IMG/VR virus record: IMGVR_UViG_3300032954_000005
Span: 1-64,000 of that record
Source of the DNA: a virus
Length of the DNA: 64,000 bases
Strand: one strand, 5' to 3'
The first letter of the stretch is position 1. Every line of letters starts with the position of its first letter. This document shows positions 39,245 to 47,741 of this stretch, piece after piece. Under the pieces are notes generated by a model. It was given only the letters and a program-made list of their open reading frames with translations. It ran no database searches and was not told the origin of the DNA. The translations under genes were made by a program, and so were the position numbers.

Positions 39245-40009
39245 ATGAGGATTGGAATTATCGGAAACGGGGTTCTCGGGTCCACGCTTCACAGGTGGTT
39301 CCGTGAAAAATTTGTTGACGTTGCAGTCTACGACGCGAACCCTGAGCGGTCGCTGAATACGTTCGACGAGGTGGCGGCGGCCGACTGGGCGTTTATCTGC
39401 ATCAACATCCTCGACAACTGCGCTTCGTTGGAGTCACGTTGGTCGCTGCTTAACTTGACGCGTGAGCTTTCGAGGGTGAAGACGATCGTTGTGCGCACGA
39501 CGGTCGTTCCGGGAACAACCGACTTTCTTCGCACGCGGACGGGGTTGACGATCCTGTTTTGGCCCGAGTTCCTGGTCGAGCGCGCGCCGTGGCGGTCGTT
39601 CTCCGAGCCTGCGCTTCAGGTCGTCGGCGCGGCGCGGGAGGACCTTGCAGTCGCCTATACGCTGCAGCGGATGGCGCCCGCCGCGAGCTGCTGCGCGCGC
39701 GTCGTTACGCCGCGCCAGGCGGAGATTCTAAAGCACGCGCTCAACGCGTGGCTCGCGACAAAGGTGAGCTTCTTTAACCAGCTCTACGACTACTTCGGCG
39801 ACGACCTTGGGCCGGTGGTCGAGGCTCTGCGGCATGAGCCGCGCGTGGGCGCGACGCACATGGACCAATATCAGGACGGCTACCGCGGCTGGGGCGGCAA
39901 GTGCTTCACGAAGGACGTTCCTGCGCTCGCCGCGCTCACAAAGGGAACGATCCTCGATGCGGTCGTAAAGTATAACGACGCGCTGATAAGGAAGGGAGAG
40001 AAGGGATGA
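39245..40009 (+). CDS. UDP-glucose/GDP-mannose 6-dehydrogenase family protein (short form)
   Basis: GNGVLG Rossmann motif, RTTVVPGT, PEFL, AEILKH..N, catalytic GWGGKCFTKD; no C-terminal domain. Confidence 0.88.
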   Translation: MRIGIIGNGVLGSTLHRWFREKFVDVAVYDANPERSLNTFDEVAAADWAFICINILDNCASLESRWSLLNLTRELSRVKTIVVRTTVVPGTTDFLRTRTGLTILFWPEFLVERAPWRSFSEPALQVVGAAREDLAVAYTLQRMAPAASCCARVVTPRQAEILKHALNAWLATKVSFFNQLYDYFGDDLGPVVEALRHEPRVGATHMDQYQDGYRGWGGKCFTKDVPALAALTKGTILDAVVKYNDALIRKGEKG

Positions 40010-41040
40010 GGATACTCCTAACGGGCTTCAACGCCCGCTCGACGGGCTCCAAGCTTCTGCGGATGACGTACGTATCGACCTCGGGCGCGCTCCTCCGCGG
40101 CCTCAGCGACCTCGGGCACGAGGTCGACATGCGCCCTCCCGTGTTCGGGGAAGACCTGTCGGCGTACGACCTCGCGCTCATCGCGCTCGCCCTCCTGGGG
40201 GCGCGCGGGACGTACCACCACGAGAAGTGCGCATGGGTCTTAAAGGCGATGGCGGACCGCTGCGTCCTCTACTTCGACGACTGGTCGACGTACCTCCTCG
40301 CCTACGACATGGACTACCGCCTCAACGTGATCCGCGACAAGTACCTCAGGTGGCGCGGCTGGGAGAACCTCCCGAGGAACGTGCGCACGACGCTCGTCGA
40401 GGAGATGAACCGTATCATCTCTCCCTCCTGCCCGTGGCCGCTCCTTCTTCCGACGTTCGCGTGGGGCGACCACTCCCTGATCACAACAGCGCGCCCCGGG
40501 TTCGCGCTTCACCCGTCGCGGGTGTACACGCTCGACCCGACCTACCTCGCAGAGCTTCCCCCGGTTCCCGTTCCCGCTCCCGCGGCGCGGCGCGAGCACG
40601 CGTGGGTGCACGCGACCCTCCAGGACAACGACCGCTGGCTCGAACGCCAACAGTGCGGGTGGCCCGTGAAGCGCTTCGGGAACGTTCGCCTCGGTGACCC
40701 GTGCGTGGACGAAGAGATGGTCGTCAACGAGTACGCGCGCGCGTGGGGCATAACCTGCCCAGAGTATAAGATCTCCGGCTCCGGCTGGTGGCGCATGCGT
40801 TACCACTACGCGGCCGCACTGGGGTGTGTGATGCTGACGACGGGGGCCGACGCTCGAGCGCTGGGCGAGGCGTTTCAGTTCACCGCGCGTGACTACGAGG
40901 CGATGGCTCTGAAAAGGCTGCGGGAGGTCGCGCAAGCGCAGGGCGATCGCGTACGCGAAACGATGGACACGCGCAGGCAGGCGCTCGCGAAGCTCGCGCG
41001 CATGGTCGACGATAACGCACGGAAAAGGAGATCACGTTGA
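40006..41040 (+). CDS. GT-B glycosyltransferase resembling T4 beta-glucosyltransferase (putative DNA glycosyltransferase)
   Basis: Size (344 aa) and pattern L.DLGHEVD...DLSAYDL, LYFDDW, KRFGN, WW..R..AA..GCV parallel T4 BGT; gene context. Confidence 0.6.
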   Translation: MRILLTGFNARSTGSKLLRMTYVSTSGALLRGLSDLGHEVDMRPPVFGEDLSAYDLALIALALLGARGTYHHEKCAWVLKAMADRCVLYFDDWSTYLLAYDMDYRLNVIRDKYLRWRGWENLPRNVRTTLVEEMNRIISPSCPWPLLLPTFAWGDHSLITTARPGFALHPSRVYTLDPTYLAELPPVPVPAPAARREHAWVHATLQDNDRWLERQQCGWPVKRFGNVRLGDPCVDEEMVVNEYARAWGITCPEYKISGSGWWRMRYHYAAALGCVMLTTGADARALGEAFQFTARDYEAMALKRLREVAQAQGDRVRETMDTRRQALAKLARMVDDNARKRRSR

Positions 41041-42140
41041 AGCCCGTACTTTTAATCAACAGCTACGCCGGGTCGCTGAACATTGCGGCCCACGCCGTCG
41101 GGGCGAAGATCGTCGGCTCCTACGAGGACTGCGGGTTCGGGCTCAGCGCGCAACAGCTCAACTATCCGGGCCTCGACTACCGCGCGACGACCGCCGACTG
41201 GCCGCGGCGTCCTGACCTCGCGGGTTGCGTTGTGATCGCGCACCCGCCCTGCGCAGCGTTCTCCGTAATAAATAGTTCATACGGTAAAGATATTCGTGGA
41301 GTTAAAGCTAATAGCTTTCAGCCGCACAAGGTCGTGATGCGGTACGCGCTCGGCGCGGGTTGTGATGGGCTGGCGATCGAGTCGGTGCCGGGTGTGCTGC
41401 GCGCCGCGTCCGTGTACCTCGATTACGCGCGCCGCTACCGGTACAATGCGTTCTTCGTGAAGCTGAACTCCGTGACGTTCGGTTGTCCTCAGTGGCGCCC
41501 GCGTGTCTGGATTCTCTTCAGCCGCGAGCCCGCGCTCGCCGTGGAGTACACGCCGAACGTTCAGCCGCTGTCAACCGTCATGCGCGTGAAGGGGACGCCC
41601 GACTTTAACACGATCTTTTACCAGAAGACGATCGCCGCCTTGGCGAAGATCACGCGCGTGTCGGAGAACGAGGCCTACGAGACGCTCTACTCGGGCGAGC
41701 GCATCGCTACCGTTCGCAAAATTGTTCAAGATACATACGGAGAAAAAATACATGAGCGTTGGCTTCAAGCGTGCGGAAGTTTTTTCGACATGCATTATCC
41801 GCGCGTTGTAAGCTCAGAACGTTGGGCGACGACGATCCTGCACAGCACGTTCTTCGTCTGTCACGGGCGCCCGCTCTTCGTCGAGGAGTACGAGGGAATC
41901 ATGGGGTTCCCGCGCGATTGGCGGTGGCCCGACAAGCTGCGGCGCAGCTACAAGCTTTACCTCTCAAAGGGCGTCTGCCCGCCCGTCGCGGCGTGGGTGC
42001 TGCGCGCTTTGGGCGAGGAACCCGCGCACCCGAACCTGCAGCTGCTTCCACGGCAGCTGTGCGACATCACCGTTACCCAGAAAGAGGCCGTCGAGCTTCT
42101 TACGCAGCAGCGAAGGAGAAAAAATGCGGGCGTTAAATAG
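41037..42140 (+). CDS. Divergent DNA cytosine-C5 methyltransferase-like protein
   Basis: Motif IV HPPCAAFS, VI IESV, VIII PQWRPRV, IX MGFP, X KGVCPPVA; motif I degenerate (INSYAGS). Confidence 0.8.
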   Translation: MKPVLLINSYAGSLNIAAHAVGAKIVGSYEDCGFGLSAQQLNYPGLDYRATTADWPRRPDLAGCVVIAHPPCAAFSVINSSYGKDIRGVKANSFQPHKVVMRYALGAGCDGLAIESVPGVLRAASVYLDYARRYRYNAFFVKLNSVTFGCPQWRPRVWILFSREPALAVEYTPNVQPLSTVMRVKGTPDFNTIFYQKTIAALAKITRVSENEAYETLYSGERIATVRKIVQDTYGEKIHERWLQACGSFFDMHYPRVVSSERWATTILHSTFFVCHGRPLFVEEYEGIMGFPRDWRWPDKLRRSYKLYLSKGVCPPVAAWVLRALGEEPAHPNLQLLPRQLCDITVTQKEAVELLTQQRRRKNAGVK

Positions 42141-43053
42141 GGTCGTCATCGTTGAGGGGCCAGACGGCGCGGGCAAGACCACGCTGTGCCGTGAGCTGAA
42201 GGAGCGCTACCGCGAGTGGGGAGCGTCCGTCGCCCCGATCATGGAGCACGAGGGCGTGCCCGCGGCGGGCGTCGACCCGTTCACCAGCTATACGGAGAAG
42301 CTCCTGCGCTACCTGACGGCGCGCGTCCCGCGCGTCCTCGACCGCTTCCACCTCGGGGAAACGGTCTACGGCCCGATCTGCCGCGGCGAATCGAAGCTGG
42401 GCGCCTACGGCGTGCGCCTTCTCGACCGCCTCTGCGCGGCGTACGGCGTCGCGATCATCGTCGCGCTTCCCGCGCGCGCGACGTGCGTCGCGAACTGGCG
42501 CCTGAAGGATGACTACGTCAAGACGGAGGCGACGTTCAGTGCGGTCTATGACGCCTACGTGTCCTTAAAATTTCGCTACCTAGCCTACGACTACGAACGC
42601 GAGGGTAGCCTGACGGATCTCTTCGAGTATCTAAATAAGCCGCGGCCGACGCTTCCGCTGGGGGCGGCGGGGAGCCCCGCCGCGCGCGTCCTCCTCGTGG
42701 GCGAGCGCCCGAATGGGGCGCTTGACCTGCCGTTCCACGCGCTCACGAACAGCTCACGCTATCTAAACGACGCCCTCGAGCGGGCGGGGCTCCCTGAGTA
42801 CGCGCTCGCCCTGGCCAACGCGCGCCGCTGGGACAACCAGCCGTTCGACCTGCACGCGTTGGCCGCGCAGCTACCGAACCTGCGGCTCGTCGTTCCACTG
42901 GGAAACGTCGCGGCGCGCGCCGTTCACGCGCTGGCGCACAACGGGGTCGACGTTCTCCCGCTTCCCCACCCGCAGCACTGGAAGCGGTTTCACGCGCGGG
43001 AGGCTGAGGCCTATGTTCAAATGCTCAAGGAGGTGAAGCGTGTCGCGCTTTAA
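42124..43053 (+). CDS. dNMP kinase fused to a uracil-DNA-glycosylase-like domain
   Basis: N-terminal VEGPDGAGKTT and LDRFHLGE.VYG; C-terminal VLLVGERP, LGNVA, LPHP. Confidence 0.8.
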   Translation: MRALNRVVIVEGPDGAGKTTLCRELKERYREWGASVAPIMEHEGVPAAGVDPFTSYTEKLLRYLTARVPRVLDRFHLGETVYGPICRGESKLGAYGVRLLDRLCAAYGVAIIVALPARATCVANWRLKDDYVKTEATFSAVYDAYVSLKFRYLAYDYEREGSLTDLFEYLNKPRPTLPLGAAGSPAARVLLVGERPNGALDLPFHALTNSSRYLNDALERAGLPEYALALANARRWDNQPFDLHALAAQLPNLRLVVPLGNVAARAVHALAHNGVDVLPLPHPQHWKRFHAREAEAYVQMLKEVKRVAL

Positions 43054-43894
43054 CCAGGTCAGTGAAACGTTTGGGCAGGCGTGGTACAACCTCGTTGACC
43101 ACATCGTCTACGAGGGGAAGGTCACGTGCCCCCGCGGGCTCGAGACGCGTGAGACGACGGCCGTGTCCCTGACCGTGACAAACGCCCTTCAAAACGTGCT
43201 CGTCGACCCGACGCGCAACCTGAACTACAGGTTCATGGTCGCCGAGTGGCTGTGGATCACCGCGGGGCGCGCAGACGTCGCCTCGATCGCCGCGTTCAAC
43301 AAGGAGGTCGCGAAGTTCTCGGATGACGGCATAACGTTCGCGGGAGCCTACGGGCCGCGGCTCCTTCCTCAGTGGCCGTGGCTCCTGTCGCTTCTTCGGC
43401 GCGAGCCCGACACGCGCCAGGCGGTGGCGACGATCTTCACGCCCACGCCCGCGTCGTCGCGCGACGTCCCCTGTACGCTCTCCCTCCAGCTCTTGCGGCG
43501 CGACGCGCGCCTCCACGCGATCGTCACGATGCGCAGCAGTGACGTGTGGCTGGGGCTCCCCTACGACTTCTTTAACTTTTCGATGCTCCTCGCGTCGTGC
43601 GCCGCGGCGCTCGAAATCGACGTGGGCGCGTTGACCTTTAACCTCGGGTCGTCGCACCTGTACGCGGCGAACCTCGACGCGGCGCGCGAGGTGCTGCGGA
43701 GGCAGGAGACGACGACCCTCCCGTCGCCGCGGCTTCCGCGGTACGTGACGGCGACCGCGGCGGAGGTGACCCTCCTGGACGTGGACCTCGTCAACGGCCT
43801 GAGCGCGGAGCGCCTGCCCGTTTATTACGACGCGCTCCACGTCGCGAAAACCCGCCGGGAGGCGCTGGAGGTGCTGCGTGCCGCGCGAAAGTAA
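43040..43894 (+). CDS. Thymidylate synthase homologue, probably dCMP hydroxymethylase/methylase
   Basis: GAYGPR, DTRQA, catalytic DVPCT, MRSSDVWLGLPYD (Asp at the E. coli ThyA Asn177 position), SSHLY. Confidence 0.85.
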   Translation: MSRFNQVSETFGQAWYNLVDHIVYEGKVTCPRGLETRETTAVSLTVTNALQNVLVDPTRNLNYRFMVAEWLWITAGRADVASIAAFNKEVAKFSDDGITFAGAYGPRLLPQWPWLLSLLRREPDTRQAVATIFTPTPASSRDVPCTLSLQLLRRDARLHAIVTMRSSDVWLGLPYDFFNFSMLLASCAAALEIDVGALTFNLGSSHLYAANLDAAREVLRRQETTTLPSPRLPRYVTATAAEVTLLDVDLVNGLSAERLPVYYDALHVAKTRREALEVLRAARK

Positions 43895-44342
43895 AAACGC
43901 GTACTACCTCGCGATGCTCGCGCTCGTCGCGACGCGCGGCACGTGCCCGCGGCGGCGGGTGGCGGCGATCCTCACCGACGCGGAGGGGCGCGTCCTCGCA
44001 ACCGGGTACAACGGGCCCCCGCCCGGATACCCGCACTGTATCGACGACCCGTGCCCGGGGGCAAGGGACGCGGCGGGGGACACGTCGCGCTGCGTCGCCA
44101 TCCACGCCGAGCAGAACGCGATCGTCCAGGCGGGGCTGGGCGGAAACCTGGCGCGGGCGCGGCACCTGTACACGTCGGCGTCGCCGTGCTTCTCGTGCTG
44201 TAAGCTGCTGTGCGCGCTTCCCGCGCTGTGGGAGATCTACGCGCTCGACCTGTACCCCGACGCCGCGGGCCTCGACCTGCTGCGGCGCAGGAGAATTAAG
44301 CTTTTCGTTAAGACCAACGACGGCCTAAAGGAGATCTTATGA
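43878..44342 (+). CDS. dCMP deaminase
   Basis: TC.RR.V.A, TGYNG, HAEQNA, PCFSC zinc motifs. Confidence 0.92.
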   Translation: MPRESKNAYYLAMLALVATRGTCPRRRVAAILTDAEGRVLATGYNGPPPGYPHCIDDPCPGARDAAGDTSRCVAIHAEQNAIVQAGLGGNLARARHLYTSASPCFSCCKLLCALPALWEIYALDLYPDAAGLDLLRRRRIKLFVKTNDGLKEIL

Positions 44343-44926
44343 ACGACGACTACACCGCGTGGGAGCTGGTACGCGCGTTCCACCTGCGGTACGGCCACGC
44401 TGCGCCCGACGCGCTGACCGCTCTTTCGCCCGAGGTGCGGCTTCTTCGGCAGCGCCTAATTTTGGAAGAGCTCGGCGAGCTCGCGGTCGCCGTTCACCAG
44501 CGCGACCTCATCAAGATCGCCGACGCGGGGTGTGACCTCGCGTACGTCCTTCACGGGACGGCGGTCGCCGCGGGCAAGCTCTCGCGCTCGATGTGGACGT
44601 ATGACCCGGTAAAGAGCGCGATCGAGCGGCCGTCGCTCACGCGGGTCGCGCTGAGCGCCGCGACGTGCTGCGCGAAGCTCGACACCGACGGCGTCGCGTA
44701 CTACGTGGAGGCGGCCGTCCTCGACGTGGGGCTGCTGCTGCGGAGTCTTCGGATTCCGTTCGAGGCGTGTTTTCGCGAAGTGCACGCGTCGAACATGACG
44801 AAGGCCGTTCCCAGCGCGACGAAGCCCGGTGAGAAGTACGGCGACGGCGAGAAGACTGGGAAGGGCGCGACGTTCGTCCCGCCTGACCTGCGCGCGATTC
44901 TTCGCGACGCGGGACTTACAGTTTAG
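44339..44926 (+). CDS. MazG-like (PRA-PH type) NTP pyrophosphohydrolase
   Basis: VRAFH, LILEELGEL, IADAGCDLAYV, FREVHASNMTK. Confidence 0.85.
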   Translation: MNDDYTAWELVRAFHLRYGHAAPDALTALSPEVRLLRQRLILEELGELAVAVHQRDLIKIADAGCDLAYVLHGTAVAAGKLSRSMWTYDPVKSAIERPSLTRVALSAATCCAKLDTDGVAYYVEAAVLDVGLLLRSLRIPFEACFREVHASNMTKAVPSATKPGEKYGDGEKTGKGATFVPPDLRAILRDAGLTV

Positions 44927-44942
44927 AAACTCCTTAACCAAC

Positions 44943-44972
44943 ATCGGCGGGCATCGAGCGACGCCCGCCGAT
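44943..44972 (+). terminator. GC hairpin ending the replication/modification operon
   Basis: ATCGGCGGGC-loop-GCCCGCCGAT; no strong U tract. Confidence 0.4.
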
Positions 44973-45004
44973 ATTGCCCCGCCTGATTCGCAGCCCGTAA
45001 CCCG

Positions 45005-45067
45005 TTGAAAATAAAGAAAATAAATCTTTAATTATTTTGTGTACAACGCTGAGAAAGGGTTTAGAAT
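45005..45067 (+). promoter_or_regulatory. Promoter with AT-rich upstream element driving the ribozyme-punctuated operon
   Basis: A/T tract 45005-45038, TGTACA-16 bp-TAGAAT; shares TACAACG...GGTTTA with the promoter at 19239. Confidence 0.55.
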
Positions 45068-45437
45068 TATCTTTCCTTACGGAATGGTTGTTCGGTTCGT
45101 TGAAAACAAAGGCAGGCGCGTAGGGCCCGAGAGAATCGGAGCCGCTCAGGGTGGTGCCTATCGTCGCGACGACGAGGGATGCAAGCGGGGCAGGCGCGGC
45201 CGGAATACGAAGCTGAAAAGCAAGACGCGGAGAATACGACGACGCGGGCGGCGCGAAAAACGGATGCTGTGAGCGAACGCGGGAGGCGAGGTCACGAAGG
45301 TCGACCTCAACGGCGGGAGCGGGCAATATGGTTCGGTCGCGGGGTGGGCGTACGGGTTGCGGACGTTGGCTGCTTTCAGTCGCACGAACTTTTCAAAACG
45401 TGTGAAGCCCCGCACCGGCATCGGGCGGGCAAATTTT

Positions 45438-45499
45438 GCAGAGGACGACCGCGGCGCAGACCGCGGCGGAATGCGCGGCCCAGGTTCCAAGCCCTGGGC
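45438..45499 (+). ncRNA. Twister ribozyme copy 1 (permuted, variant)
   Basis: GCA-GAGGA-P1 hairpin-G^AA-TGC...CCAGG-TTCCAAGC-CCTGG; G instead of U at the cleavage site and altered T2 spacing. Confidence 0.65.
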
Positions 45500-45548
45500 G
45501 ACATTTAACCCCAAGCGACGCGGCGCACGTACCGCGAAGGAGAACAGT

Positions 45549-45815
45549 ATGATGAATCAATACAAGTGCAGCAACTGTCACAGCTCCAACCTTCACCAAA
45601 GCAAGAGCAGCGAGCACGACGTTGTCTGTAACGACTGCCACATGACGACGGACAAGGTCACTGCCCTGAAGGCGCCCTGGGCGTACTGCGGTTTCGACGA
45701 GGTTCACGTGCCGCAGCACGACGGGGCAGAGCGCATCATCACCCGAAAGCAGGCGAAGGCGGAGGGAATCAAGCTCGCGCCTTACAAGTATTTTTACACA
45801 GCTTTGAAGTTCTAA
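45549..45815 (+). CDS. Small zinc-ribbon protein
   Basis: AAGGAG RBS; CSNC...CNDC. Confidence 0.7.
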   Translation: MMNQYKCSNCHSSNLHQSKSSEHDVVCNDCHMTTDKVTALKAPWAYCGFDEVHVPQHDGAERIITRKQAKAEGIKLAPYKYFYTALKF

Positions 45816-45816
45816 G

Positions 45817-45878
45817 CGCAGAGGACGACGATCGCCACGCGATCGTCGTAATGCGGCGCGCCGGTTCCAAGCCCGGCG
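45817..45878 (+). ncRNA. Twister ribozyme copy 2 (type-P5-like permutation)
   Basis: CGCA-GAGGA-CGACGATCGC/GCGATCGTCG-T^AA-TGCG-GC..CCGG-TTCCAAGC-CCGG; predicted cleavage 45849/45850. Confidence 0.88.
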
Positions 45879-45930
45879 GGTTCGTATAATAACGATGCGA
45901 CGCGGCGCACGTACCGCAGAGGAGAGCAAG

Positions 45931-47448
45931 ATGAACACAACGCAGTTCAGTCCGCTTCAGCAGCGCATCTTCAAGTTCGTCGCGGAGGAAACCGGGAACG
46001 CATCGATCGAGGCGGTCGCCGGGTCAGGCAAGACGACCACGATCGTGGCCGCCGCGTCGTACCTTCCGCCAACGTCGCGCAACCTCTTTCTGGCGTTCAA
46101 CAAGTCGATCGCCGAGGAGCTCGCGACACGCCTTCCCGCGCACGTCACGGCGAAGACGTTGAACAGCCTTGGGCACGGCGCGTGGGCCGCAAAGCTCCGC
46201 CCAGCCCGCCTAAAGCTCGACGCCAACAAGACGCGCGCCATCCTCGATAAGCGCGTCGTCGAGGCAGACAGAAAGCTGTACGGCTCCCTGGTGACGCGCC
46301 TCGTTGCGCTGGCGAAGTCCGCGGGCCTCGCACCCGCGGGTGCCCCAAACGCATATCCCCTGGTGGACGACACCCTCGATGCGTGGCTCGACATGATCGA
46401 GTACCACGACCTGGAGGTGCCCGAGGAGGGAAACGTCAACCGCGCGATCGACCTGGCGCGCAAGGTGCTCAGCGAGTCGATTCGGCAGGCGTTTCTTGGC
46501 TGCATCGACTTTGACGATCAGATCTACATGACGGTGGTCTACCGCGCTCCGATGAGCAGGTTTGACTTCGTGTTTGTCGATGAGGCGCAGGACCTTAACT
46601 GCATCCAGCACCAGCTGATTGCGATGGCAATCAAGTCGGGCGGTCGGCTCATCGCGGTGGGGGACCCCCGCCAGGCAATCTACGGCTTTCGTGGGGCGGA
46701 TGCGTCGAGCATGGAAAACCTGCAGCGGCGCTTTCGCACAGTAACGCTTCCGCTGTCGATCAGCTACCGCTGCCCACAGGCCGTGGTCCGCGAGGCGCAG
46801 AAGCTGGTTTCGCACATTCAGTCAAGCGAGACGGCGCCCGTCGGGGTTGTTGAAACGCTTGACGCGTACAACGCCGATACGTTTAACGACAGCGACGCAA
46901 TCGTGTGCCGCAACGCGCGACCCCTGGTCGCGCTCGCCTTCCAGCTGATTCGCGCCGGGCGTGGCTGCCGCGTCCTTGGGCGGGACATTGGCCAGGGCCT
47001 TCAGGCGCTCATAAAGAAGATGAACGCGGCCGACGTTGACGCGCTCGAGACCAAGCTTGACGCCTACCTCGACCGTGAAACGCGCCGCCTGCTCGCGAAG
47101 AACCAGGACGCGAAGGTCGCGGCGCTCGAGGACAAGGTCGACACCATCCGCCTGTTTATCGACCAGCTGGGCGAGGACGAGCGGACGATCGACGCGCTGT
47201 TTGGGAAGATCGACGCACTGTTCACCGACAACGGCCACGGAAAGCTTACGCTGTGCACCGTCCACAAGGCGAAGGGCCTCGAGTGGGAGCGCGTGTTCAT
47301 CCTCGACGCGCACCTCATGCCGTCGAAGTACGCGCGACAGGATTGGCAGCTGGCGCAGGAGACGAACATCCACTACGTGGCGATCACTCGCGCGAAGCGC
47401 GAGCTGCGCTACATCGACAGCGAAGGATTCAAAGCTAAGAAGCAGTAA
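45931..47448 (+). CDS. UvrD/Rep-like SF1 helicase
   Basis: AVAGSGKT, DEAQD, VGDPRQAIYGFRG, SYRCP, TVHKAKGLE, YVAITRA. Confidence 0.93.
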   Translation: MNTTQFSPLQQRIFKFVAEETGNASIEAVAGSGKTTTIVAAASYLPPTSRNLFLAFNKSIAEELATRLPAHVTAKTLNSLGHGAWAAKLRPARLKLDANKTRAILDKRVVEADRKLYGSLVTRLVALAKSAGLAPAGAPNAYPLVDDTLDAWLDMIEYHDLEVPEEGNVNRAIDLARKVLSESIRQAFLGCIDFDDQIYMTVVYRAPMSRFDFVFVDEAQDLNCIQHQLIAMAIKSGGRLIAVGDPRQAIYGFRGADASSMENLQRRFRTVTLPLSISYRCPQAVVREAQKLVSHIQSSETAPVGVVETLDAYNADTFNDSDAIVCRNARPLVALAFQLIRAGRGCRVLGRDIGQGLQALIKKMNAADVDALETKLDAYLDRETRRLLAKNQDAKVAALEDKVDTIRLFIDQLGEDERTIDALFGKIDALFTDNGHGKLTLCTVHKAKGLEWERVFILDAHLMPSKYARQDWQLAQETNIHYVAITRAKRELRYIDSEGFKAKKQ

Positions 47449-47453
47449 AGGGA

Positions 47454-47512
47454 CGCAGAGGACGCCGGCGATCGCCGGCGTAATGCGGCAGGCTGGGTTC
47501 CAAGCCCCCGGC
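47454..47512 (+). ncRNA. Twister ribozyme copy 3
   Basis: CGCA-GAGGA-CGCCGGC/GCCGGCG-T^AA-TGCG-GC..GGG-TTCCAAGC-CC; predicted cleavage 47481/47482. Confidence 0.88.
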
Positions 47513-47561
47513 GCGCAGAACACCAAGCGAGGCGGCGCGTGTACCGCCGAAGGAGAATGAA

Positions 47562-47741
47562 GTGACTAGCAAGCAAAAGAGCCAAAACTTCAAGCTGCGT
47601 ACAGCCTTGAAGCTGATCAAGCTGCACATCACGGAGGAGGCGAACGATCAAAACCGCCACCTTCACAACGCCGTTCAGCTCATCGTAGACGTGGCGAGGG
47701 AGCATAACCTTTTAATTGAGGAGGTGCGCCGTGCAGGTTGA
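47562..47741 (+). CDS. Small hypothetical protein (59 aa)
   Basis: GTG start after AAGGAG, translated by hand. Confidence 0.55.
   Translation: MTSKQKSQNFKLRTALKLIKLHITEEANDQNRHLHNAVQLIVDVAREHNLLIEEVRRAG

Noticed and set aside
43040-44342. Reading the synthase plus dCMP deaminase as a hydroxymethyluracil (thymine hypermodification) pathway
   Set aside because: The specificity residue is Asp rather than Asn, and I recognise no hmU DNA kinase or amino-acid:DNA transferase in the cluster; not fully excluded without an assay
45885-45890. TATAAT upstream of the helicase as an internal promoter
   Set aside because: No acceptable -35 at 16-18 bp or TG extension, and not conserved in the equivalent spacers of the other junctions
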